DNA from: Welwitschia mirabilis
Lineage: Eukaryota
DNA: 40,202 bases
Assembly (NCBI GenBank): GCA_051453625.1
Contig: JBOZIK010000001.1
Span: 39,058,728-39,098,929 of the forward strand
Direction: 5' to 3'
In this document: one piece after another, positions 12,077-23,789 of the stretch
How positions within the stretch are numbered: position 1 is the first letter of the stretch
How the letters are laid out: each line of letters opens with the position of its first letter
Notes under the pieces: model-generated
Seen by the model: only the letters and a program-made list of their open reading frames with translations
Told to the model about the DNA's origin: nothing
The model's database searches: none
Translations under genes and position numbers: made by a program

Positions 12077-15000
12077 ATGTGTCTACCACATAATTGCCAT
12101 GAAATTCTAGTGTTGCTGTGACATGTTACTAAAGATCATAACTAATCAGGATGTAGTAACTGATAGGGCCTATAACTGTAATTCAATTTAACTTCATGGT
12201 GAATTTAGTAGGTAATTTTTTAGGTACTTTTCAAAAAATAACTAGTACTATTATTTAGGGATGCTAATGCTATTGCCATTTTCTATAAGACTACCTTCAT
12301 ATTTTTACATTATGCTTCATTATCTTGTTAAATACTCGAATTTACTATGGAAAGGTGCATAACTTCATAAATGGTCTTAAAATTAATAAAAAATGCAATT
12401 TTATAATTAAAATATTTAATTCAATGTCTTCCATAAGTTAAAGTGCCTAATAATACTTGATCTAAATGTTAATTTTTACATGTTATCACGTTCCCAAATT
12501 AGACTTTATTAGGCTCTTAGTAAAAAAGTGAAATAAAAGATGACTAACATGAAAATATTCTAAGAAAAATATTAAAGTGCATAGAAATCCTAAAAAATTT
12601 GAGGTTAATTTTTGAAATAAAATAAGGCATCAAAATCAATAATTTTCTCAAAAATGTAGATGCCATACCCACCAACCAAAATCAAACTTTATCCTAAAAG
12701 TTTTAATATAGAAATAGTTAAATTCAAAATTTGGAAACAAGTTAATGAAATGTTAGAAGAAATATCCTTTATTTCATTTTACTTTATTGCAACTAGAAAA
12801 AGTGAAAATGCAAAGCAATGCAAGCTAAGCTATAATGTAATGGCTAAGCTATAATGTAATGAATGGCTATTTCACAATGAGAACATTTATGAATTTTTGG
12901 TGTTCTTTCTTATGGAATGGGATTGGAGTAAAAATAACAACCTGAATGAAAATATAATTATAACTCTTCCATGCATGCTAAAAATAAAACATATAAGCTA
13001 CCTAAGCTAATGGACTTATCTATTAAAATTTTTATGGTTTCTAAATTTATTTAATGGATATAGCTATCATACAACTAAGGTATTAACTAAGTAAACTCAT
13101 AAAAATTAAAGAGTTAGTAAGCAAAGCTCAAGTATAATTATTAAAGAAATTAAAATGCAAAAGGCCTTTAATTTTCACCTTAATTTTCTTTTTTACTTTA
13201 TCCTTCTATAATGATGTGCACCTTTTGTTTCAAACATTTTGATCCTACTGGTCATCTAGTATTATGGCACTTCTTGCAATAGAGTTAAGCATGTTATTCT
13301 TAAAGAATTCAGTGTTGCATTACCATCAAACATTTATAGCCCTAATATAGTTGAATGTGTTATAAGTAGGTCATTAAAGCTACATTACTAACAAGCATCT
13401 ATAGCCTTAATGCAGTTAACTAAACCCAATAATAATGATTAACAAATTCACATGTCCTTTTTTTGAGAGAGATTTTTTTTAATTCTCCTTTTTAGTTACA
13501 TTGATTTAAGCACATAGAATAATTTATTAGATCATTAGCCTAATTAAAAATTGATATTATCCCCATAAATGCTTGAAAATAAGAATTATAGCATGAAAGT
13601 GGATTTTGCCTTTTTATTTATTTTTCTTTTTCTAAATTAAAGATATTAAGTAGATGATAACCTTAACAACATAAATTAAAATAAGCAAAATATCCTTTTA
13701 AAAAACATAAGTACAACTAATCTTAACCAAATCTTGAAATGACAAAAAGATGACTTATTATCAATTTATTATTGAAGGTCATCAATAAGGGTTATTAAGT
13801 CTCAAAACTTTATAAATGAATGAGAGGGATTGATGACTAATGAATCTTATGAAATAGTGCCATAATGGAAGAAGTATGTTATGAGGCTTGAAAATGTGAT
13901 GACTAATTATATGGTATACATGAAATTTGGAATTACCTATGTAAAAGGATTTAAGACAATGATTATATAGGTGAGATGTTTGGGCCATTTAAGGAAAAAA
14001 GAAACTAACAAGTAATAATATTTTAATGTTTAATCTATAAGGGAAACAAATCTATACTAGGACTATGCAATAAAATGAGGGTTTTCTCTTAATGGAATTT
14101 TTCTTTGCAATGCATGAAAAGAAGCTCAAGATGATAATGAGTATTTGGATTAGGAGTGTAATGGTCTTACTTATATGAAGTTCCCTGAATCTAGAGATTA
14201 TCTATGAAGATTTACACATATGCATTCATAAAATCAGAAAGAACACCATTCATGCAAGTGGTAAAGCCTATGCATGCAAAGCCTAAAAGAGACCATCCTT
14301 TAGCTTGTTTCTTTTTTTCTAATAAATCACGTGAAACATTATTATAAGATAAAGATGAAGTTGGATTGTTAATCACTACGTAAAATGTATTTTTATTAGA
14401 AGAGGCATGAGTAAGATCCTTAGTGATTGTAACTTAGTGAAAGGTTCATCTTCTACATTAATGCTTAAATATTACTTAAGAGAAAATTATGGAATGAAAT
14501 TATTGTTCTCATGGAAATATTTAGAAGAAGGTAAGAATTCCTTATGTGTTTAATTTTGTGAGAGTTATACTTCCTCTTCTTCATAAATATTATCAAAAAT
14601 TCATCTTTATGTGGTTGTTCATGAGAAAAATATGAAGTGGAGAGGTCTTATTTATGAAAGTTTTAAGAAGGTTAGGGTTCTTTATATAAATAAACTTGTA
14701 TGATTTCTTCAACTTCTTCTTCCTTACAAGATTTGTTAAGTAACTCCTCCTCATGTAGTTTTTGAAACTCTAGTTTCTTGATGCATTCTTCTTTAATCCT
14801 AAATAATATAGCTTAGGTATCTTCCATAGATGTACCCTTTAATTCATATTGGTTGAATGAAGGAAGAAGGAAAGGGTTACTAAAGATTTTTATTATGCTT
14901 TTCAAAAATCTCTAGATTATGCCTTTCAAGGAATTTAAGATAGATAAATGATTATTAGAAGAAAAAGAATAATGTTAAAGTATGGAGGATATCAATGATA

Positions 15001-16818
15001 TTCATGATAAAGTGAAGGATATGAATTAGAGAGTACAAATTCATAAGTCTCTCAGTCAAAGTAAGGATTAATCTAATTGTACTAGGTGGTTAAACAAAGC
15101 ATGCAAGGTTGTATAAGTATTATGATTAACAACAATCCCTTATAGTTCTTTTAGGCTAATGGTAATCATCTAAAGTTTTTTTACATTACAAGCTACATTG
15201 ATGGTGATTAGCAAAGTTATAGGGGTCTTCATGGCTTTAATAAAAAGGATAAATGCCAATGTTAGAGTTTATTTTAAGGTTTAAAGAATGGGACATACTA
15301 TTTAAAAAGATAAATTAACCAAAAAATGAAATAGCTTATGAAAAAGATAAACTATACTATGAATTTTTCTTCCCTTTTAAATTTTTTTTAAAAATAAAAT
15401 TAAAATCTATTCCATTAAAAAATTGAAACTAGATAAATAAATTTTAAAAATACATGAAATAAAAGAGAAGAGAGAGAATGATCTTGTCTATTTCATTAGT
15501 TTTATTCAATTATTTTATCCTTAATGTTTTATCTTTTATCTAAAGAGAATACCAATGAAAACCTATAAAACCAGATAACTGAAAACATAAATGCAATAAT
15601 ATATTTCTTAGTTAGGATTTAGAAAACTTAACAAAATCCAAAAAGAGCCATACAAGTTTAGGATTCACATAAAATAAACTAGTACCCATTACTAGAAAGT
15701 AGAAAAAAGAAATGCAAAGAAAAGAAAAATAAAGTAGTTCCAATGTTGCGGTGTGTATTTATGCAATAGTTCACGTTTCAATTTCAATCCTGTTAATTAT
15801 CAATGAGATGTAAAATACAACACGCTAGTANNNNNNNNNNNNNNNNNNNNNNNNNNNNNNNNNNNNNNNNNNNNNNNNNNNNNNNNNNNNNNNNNNNNNN
15901 NNNNNNNNNNNNNNNNNNNNNNNNNNNNNNCACTAGAAGGGACGAGTACTAATCATTGGAAATGAAAGAAAAGTGTAACTAACTAAAATGAAAGGGAAAA
16001 AAAAATTTTGCACGCTTACTGATGAAACTAGTATTTTATCATTCCCAACAACTACACTAAAACTATGTTTAAATGAAATTAAACTATAATAAAACTAAGT
16101 AAGACCTAGTTATCGTTCTTTTCACAAGGATGATGGAAATAGCCAAAACATAAGAAAACATAAAAATAGTTATGTATATACAAATATAAAGCTACAAGAT
16201 GAGAGACTATTTAAGAAAATGCCTAAGAGTGTTTAAGAAAATGTCTAATGATGAAAGTAAAAAGTAAACTCACCCTCCAACTAACCTAACTCATCTAATA
16301 AATGAAATTCAATTCACAAATATAGTGTGCTTTCCTTATTATCTTAAAGTAATGCTAAGTTATAAAGCCATAAATAATGATGACATAGTCTCATTCATCA
16401 CATAAGTCATGGTGAAATCTCTATGCCCCTTTATCCATGATAGATTAAGTTTAAGCATGGAAAGTATGAAATTTCTATACAAGAAGCATCAAACAGTTAT
16501 AAACTACTAATGAAAATATTATCATGAATATTCATTTGAAAAATAATAAGTACTTAGCATGAAGGTAGTTTTTTTTAGAAGTACTAAATAAACTGAAATT
16601 TGAAAAATAGAAAAAAAGGCGAAACTAGAATTATATTAATAACAAGAAAATGTCTTACATTCAAGAAAGAGCTACATCTGGTACAAATTCATTACGCTAG
16701 TTTTGAGGTTAGCTCACTCCCAAAGGGAGCTTAAAATGACATGATAAAGACAATTGCACTCTAACATATTCAAGATTTTACCATTGAATATTATTCACAA
16801 TGAGAGGTTCTTCCCCCT

Positions 16819-16825
16819 TTTTATA
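16819..16825 (-). promoter_or_regulatory. Putative LTR TATA box
   Basis: The minus strand reads CCTATAAAAAAGGGG, downstream of tandem U3-like motifs. The equivalent TTTTTTATAAG is at ~33883 in copy A4. Confidence 0.4.
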
Positions 16826-17669
16826 GGTAACCCAAAAGTGGGAGTAGTTAGATTTCTTTGGCTTGTAGTGGTAGGTGAGGTGGATAAGATTTTATCCTAT
16901 AACACTAGGTGGAATATTTAAAACTCCTTATCCTATAAAGTTAGGTGGAATCTTTATCATATAGTGTTAGTTGGAATCTTCATCATATAGCATTAGGTGA
17001 AATCTCTGTCATGCCACATTAAGTGGAAAATCATCATAATAGTTTTAACATGTGGCCTTGAGTCTAGATGATTTTAACTGATACTATCACCATGTTTGAT
17101 AAAATTACCACCACATGTCATTATCATAAGTCATTTCCACTTCATTGATGTGTCACTGCTATGTGTCTATCATGTGGTTTCCCTGAGGTTCTTGCATCAC
17201 TGCCATGTGTCACTAAAGATCATGACTTACTAGGACATAGTAACTATTAGGGTCTACAACTATAATTCAAATTTAACTCTATGATTATTTAATATGTAAG
17301 TTTAGAGGTACTTTTACAGAAATGACTAGCACCACCATAAAGGAATACTATCATCATTGGCATTTTCTATAGGACTGTCTTCATCATTTTGCATTATGTT
17401 CAATTATCCTATAAAGTAACTAAATTTATCATGGGAAAGTGCATAATTTCATAATTAACCTTAAAATTCATGAAAGATATAGTTTTATAATTAAAAATAT
17501 TAATTTAATATATCCCCTAAATTAAATTAACCTAAAATACTTAATCTAAATGTTAATTTTTACATGTTATAAAATGTTATTGCTTACCTTCATTTAAATT
17601 CATGAATAATGGAGGAGTTTAAGCATGGAAAAATTTGACATATCAATCATCTAGCTAATCTTTCCTATA

Positions 17670-19690
17670 ATAAAAATCACTTTATGAATCCATATTAAAT
17701 CTATGTTAGCAAGGCCATAATATAAAGTCAATTCAAGATGTGCTTATCCTTCTATTTGATTAAAGGATTCTATTAACTTGAATCTCTTGAATTACCTCTT
17801 ACCCTTACAAATAATAATAGCTAATCTAACAATCATTTGTATGTTATTTGCTTTGCCTAAGTATCATTTTATTTGTAATGTAATATTTGCAAATTAGCAA
17901 AACTCCTTTATAGTAGATTTTATAACAACTATGCAAATAATAATCTATCATGTGTGGTCTTGAGTTCATAAATGAATTTGAGTTATAACTTAAGGCATAG
18001 ATTAAGTTCTAAATAAGATTAGATTAAGTTCTAAATAAGATTACCTACTTTAGGTCTTAAAAATATCCAAATTTGATAATCTAGAACATAATTTATTTCT
18101 CTTCTTCTCTCGTCTTTATTCTTTTTTTTAATCTTTTATTCAAACTATCAATTCTTTGCAGACTATTTAAACTAATGCTAGAGCCTTAATCCTAGATTTT
18201 GCTTAAGGCAGAAAAGATAAGTTTCTATAATTGAAGTTGTTTTTCATCTTTATTTCCAATTATCTCTTGATAAGAGAGGCCTACAAGGATTGGAAGTCTA
18301 TTACTAGTTCTTAACTTCAAAAATCCCAAGGACATCAAGATACTACCTTTATTCTTTGACACTGTAACCAAAATAACTTAATAAATTGTATTTGATAAAT
18401 AGTCACAAAAACTAACCTCATTTGTTAATTTATATTTATTTTTATCTATAAATAAGATACGTTTAGGTACAAAATGTGAGCAATAGCTTTGTTTGAAGTC
18501 GATGTATTAAAAACAAGAAAAGAATCAAGGATCATTTAAGAATATTAATCATATGATAAATGGATTAACAATGAATGATTAATGCTAGAATGTCTTCCAA
18601 TGAGCACAAGGACATAAGAAAGAAATCCATTGAATCCTTTAATTGTTGAGGGTTTTTTTCTTAAAAGGCCTTCTCTAATATTTGTTTGCTTATATTTTAT
18701 TCAATATTATCTTCCCTCAATTCCTTCCATTTTTTATTTTTCCCTTCTTCATACAATATTTATTTGGTTTTTGCTATTCATTTCATTAGTTTTCCTTTGT
18801 TTCCAATTTTAATTCTTTTCTTTTATAAGTTCTTTTTGTAAGAACCTAATACCAATAGAAACTTTATTTAAGGAGTGTGAGATGAAGAGAAATATTTTTT
18901 AAATAGGCATGCATTTTTTCCTACCATTTATGGTCATACTTTAAAATTTGAACTAATTACTTTGAAATTGCTAGTCCAGAGTGAAGAAAGGATGGATTAA
19001 TAGAGAAATTCAATGATAAAATTTTTCATATTTGGCAAGTTAAGATATAATTAGTATTAATCAACAAAGATGTATGAAAAGTAACTAGTGGTAAGATTCC
19101 ACAACATAAGGATTCTAATAAAATTAATAAATGGAAAAAAAAAAAAAGAAAGTAGACTAAGAGGCACTCTTACTCATTAGTCTTGGCTTTGAAAATNNNN
19201 NNNNNNNNNNNNNNNNNNNNNNNNNNNNNNNNNNNNNNNNNNNNNNNNNNNNNNNNNNNNNNNNNNNNNNNNNNNNNNNNNNNNNNNNNNNNNNNNTGGC
19301 TTTGAAAATGATTATATTCATCACATTGATTTAATAAGGACCAAAAAAAAAAATTTGGGATGGCTCAAACAAGATTTTTAGATCAAGAGGACATGAAGCA
19401 AAACAAGATATTAAACATTAGCTTTACTATTTTAAATTGAACAAATTGAAAGAGATGAATTAATACATCAATGACTTCAAGTTACTATTAACAAAATTAT
19501 AGCAATCAATACCAAGGTTGATGATGATGATGCTAAGACCATCTTATTAAGCAATCTTACTTTATCATAGAAACATATTATCTTCAACTTAAAGAAGATA
19601 ACATGTTCTCTAAAAATTATAATTTCCAATTTAATGGATGGATAAAGGAAGACAAACCAAGGTGAACAAACTCCTCCTTCAACCACCGTC
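17670..19690 (+). mobile_element. Copia-gag-containing repeat, copy C2 (truncated after gag)
   Basis: Colinear with 23790-25730. Contains the gag start IEKFNDKNFHIWQVK near 19000. Confidence 0.75.
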
Positions 19691-19704
19691 ATATACGAAC
19701 ACCA

Positions 19705-22700
19705 ATTCTATTGGTATTTTCTATAAGATTCCCTTCATATTTTTTGCATTATTCTCCATCATCTTGTCAAGTACTTGAATTTACTATGGGAAAGTACATA
19801 ACTTGATAAATAACCTTAATATTAATGAAAGACATAATTTTATGATTAAAATGATTAATTCAATGCTTTTTTTTCTAAGCTAAAGTGGTATACAATACTT
19901 GATCTAAATGTTAATTTTTATATGTTATCACATTCCCAAACTGGAATTTATTAGACTCTTGGTAAAAAGTGCAATAAAAGATGACTAACATGGAAAAATT
20001 CTACGAAAAATATTAAAGTGAATAGGATGCTGAAAACTTTGAAGTTGATTCTAAAAATAAAAAATATGTTATCAAAATTAGGAATTTCCTCAAAAATGCA
20101 GATGCCATATCCATCAACCAAAATCAAACTTTGTCCTAAATGTTTTAATATAGAAATACTTAAATGCAAAATTTAGAAACAAGTTAATAAAGCCTTAGAA
20201 AGAAGATGATTTATGTCATGTTACTTTATTGTAACTACAAAAAGGAAAAATGCAAAGCAATGCAAGCTAAGCTATAATGTAATGAAAGATCATTTTACAA
20301 TAAGAACATTTATGACTTTTTGGCATTCTTTCTTATGGGATGGGGATGGAGTAAAAATGGTAATATGGGTGGGTGNNNNNNNNNNNNNNNNNNNNNNNNN
20401 NNNNNNNNNNNNNNNNNNNNNNNNNNNNNNNNNNNNNNNNNNNNNNNNNNNNNNNNNNNNNNNNNNNNNNNNNNNAAGAACATTTATGATTTTTTGGCAT
20501 TCTTTCTTTTGGGATGGGGATGGAGTAAAAATGGCAATATGGGTGGGTGTGAAATGATAATGTGAATGAAAATATAATTAATATTCTACCATGCATGCTA
20601 TCAATAAAATATACAATCTAACTAAGCTAATGAACTTGTTTATTAAAATTTTTATGGTTTTTAAATTTATTTAATGGATTTAACTATCATACAAGTGAGG
20701 TATTAACTAAGTAAACTCATGAAGATTAAAGAGTTATTAAACNNNNNNNNNNNNNNNNNNNNNNNNNNNNNNNNNNNNNNNNNNNNNNNNNNNNNNNNNN
20801 NNNNNNNNNNNNNNNTTTTGATCTTACTAAGCATCTAGTATTATGGCACTTCTTCTAATAGAATTAAGCATGTCCTTGTTGAAGAATTCAATGTTGCATT
20901 ACCATTAGACATTTATAGCCTTGATGAAGCCGAATGTGTCATAAGTAGATCATTAGAGCTACATTGCCAGTAACCTTCTATGACCTCAATTTAGTTAACT
21001 AAACCCAATAATAATGATCAAAAATTTCACATGTGCTTTTGTGAGAAGAGATTTTTTTTTTTTCTTTTTTGATTCTACTTCTTATATACATTGTTTTATG
21101 CACATAGAAGAATTCACTAGATCATTAGCCTAATTAAGAATTAATTATCTATGTAAATGCTTGAANNNNNNNNNNNNNNNNNNNNNNNNNNNNNNNNNNN
21201 NNNNNNNNNNNNNNNNNNNNNNNNNNNNNNNNNNNNNNNNNNNNNNNNNNNNNNNNNNNNNNNNNNNNNNNNNNNNNNNNNNNNNNNNNNNNNNNNNNNN
21301 NNNNNNNNNNNNNNNNNNNNNNNNNNNNNNNNNNNNNNNNNNNNNNNNNNNNNNNNNNNNNNNNNNNNNNNNNNNNNNNNNNNNNNNNNNNNNNNNNNNN
21401 NNNNNNNNNNNNNNNNNNNNNNNNNNNNNNNNNNNNNNNNNNNNNNNNNNNNNNNNNNNNNNNNNNNNNNNNNNNNNNNNNNNNNNNNNNNNNNNNNNNN
21501 NNNNNNNNNNNNNNNNNNNNNNNNNNNNNNNNNNNNNNNNNNNNNNNNNNNNNNNNNNNNNNNNNNNNNNNNNNNNNNNNNNNNNNNNNNNNNNNNNNNN
21601 NNNNNNNNNNNNNNNNNNNNNNNNNNATAGAATAATTCACTAGATCATTAGCCTAATTAAGAATTGATTATCTACATAAATGCTTGAAAATAAGGAGTAT
21701 AACATGAAAGTAGATTTTACCTTTTCATTTCTTTTTCTTTTTCTAAATTAGAGACCTTAAGCAAATTAAAATATTAACAACATATATTAAAATAAGTAAA
21801 ATATCTTCTTTTAAAAAACATAAGTATGCCTAATCTTAACCAAATCTTGGAATGACAAAAAGATTACTTATTATCAATTTATTATTGAAGGCCATCAATA
21901 TGGGTTACTAAGTCCCAAAAATTCATAAATGAATAGGAGGTATGGATAGCTAATGAATCTTTTGAATTAGTGCCATAGTGGAAGGAGTTAGTTGTAAGGC
22001 TTGAAAAGGTGATGGCTAATTCTATGGTATGGATGAAATTGGGGATTACCTAAGTGAAAGTTTTTAAGGTGATGATTGTATAATTGAAATGTTTAGGTGG
22101 TTTTGGAAAATTAAAAAAAACATCAACAAGTAATAATGTTTTTGATTTTTTCATTCTAAGTTTAATCTACAAGGGGAACAAATCTGTAATAGAAATATGC
22201 AATAAATCTAAGGCTTTATCATGATGGAATTTTTCTTTGTAATGCATGGAAAGAAGCTCATGATGATAAAGGCTATGTGGATTAGGAGTGCAATGGTTTT
22301 GATCAGATAAGTTATCGTGAATATAGAGATTATTTATGAATATTTGCATACATGCATTTATAAAAATAGAAATAACACCATTCATGCAAGTGGTAAATAA
22401 TATGTATGCAAAGTCTAAAAGAGTCCATTATTTATCTTGTTTCTGATTTTCTAATAAATCATGAAAAACATTATTCTAAGATAAAGATAAAGGTGGATTG
22501 TCAACCATGAAGTAAAATGTATGTTTGTTAGAAGAGGCATGAGTAAGGTCCTTAGAAAGTGGTTGTAACTTAATGAAAGATTTTTTTTTTACATTAATGC
22601 TTGAAGCTTTCTTAAGAGATAATAATGAAATGAAATTATTTTTCTCATGAAAATCTTAAAAAGAAGGTAACAATTCCTTATTTATTTAAGTTTGTGAGAG

Positions 22701-23770
22701 TTATACTTCCACCTCTTCACAAAGATTCCTAGGGGATTCATCTTTATGTGGTTGTTCATGAGAGAAGGATGACATGGAGAAGTAGTACTTGTGAAAGTTT
22801 TAAGAAGGTGAGGGTTATTTATATAAAGAAACTTGTATGATTTCTTCAACTTCTTCTTATTTATAATATTTGTTAAGTAACTCCTCCTCATGCAGTTTCT
22901 CAAACTCTAGTTACTTATTAGTTTCTTTCTCACTCCTGAAGGATATAGCTTAGGTATCTTCCATAGATGTATCCTCTAATTCATGTTGGTTGAATGAAGA
23001 AAGGAGGCAAAGGGTAGTAAGAATTTTTGTTATGCTTTCCAAAAATCTATAAATGGTTTCCTTCAAGAAAGTTAAAATAGGCAAAAAGAAGGATATTACT
23101 AAAGGATGAAGGATAGGAAGAATATTCATGATGAAGTGAAGGATAGGTATTAGAGCATACAAATTCATAAGTCTCTTGGTAAAAGTAAGGATTTAATCTA
23201 ATTGTACTAGGTGATTGAACAAAGCATGGAAGGATGTCCAAGTATTATGATTGACGATAATCTCTTATAGTTCTTTTAGTTAAAGGTAATCATCTAAAGT
23301 TTGTTTAGGTTGAAAGTTGCATCGATGGTAATTAGGAAGTTATAAGGATATTCATGGCTTTAATAAAAAGGTAAAATTCCAATGTTAGAGTTTATTTTAA
23401 GATTTAAAGAATGGGAAAGACTATTTAAAAAAATAAATTAACAATGAAAAAGATAAACTATACTATGAATCTTTTTCTTCCTTTTTAAATTTTTTCTAAA
23501 ACTAAAATTGAAATCTATTTCATTGAAAAACTAAAACTAGTTAAATAAATTTTAAAAATTCATGAAAGAAAACAAAAGGGAGAGAAGGCTCTTATCTATT
23601 TCATCAGTTTTAGTCAATTCTTTAATTCTTAATGCTTTTTCTTTCATCTAAAGAGATTGCCAATGAAAACTTGTATAACCAACTAACCAAAAAAATTAAT
23701 GCAACAATATGTTTCTTAGTTAAAATTGAGGAAACTTAACAAAATCCAAAAATAGCCAGACAAGTTTAGT
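19705..23770 (-). mobile_element. Non-autonomous Athila-like element, copy A2 (partial LTR 19705-19930, PPT, internal region)
   Basis: Colinear with 12270-15660 along its length. The junction TGTTATCA|CATTCCCAAAC is at 19930. Confidence 0.75.
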
Positions 23771-23789
23771 ATTTAGAAAATTGTAAGAC

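Larger units (their letters stand above)
10140..17572 (-). mobile_element. Non-autonomous Athila-like LTR element, copy A1 (LTR ~16050-17572, internal ~12489-15750, LTR ~10140-12488)
   Basis: Two diverged direct repeats: AAATGAAATTAAACTATAATAAAA near 10210 and 16071, and GATCTAAATGTTAATTTTTACATGTTAT near 12460 and 17543. A polypurine-tract (PPT)-like run abuts TGATAAC on the minus strand at 12488. No RT or INT motifs were seen inside. The left LTR edges are uncertain. Confidence 0.7.
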
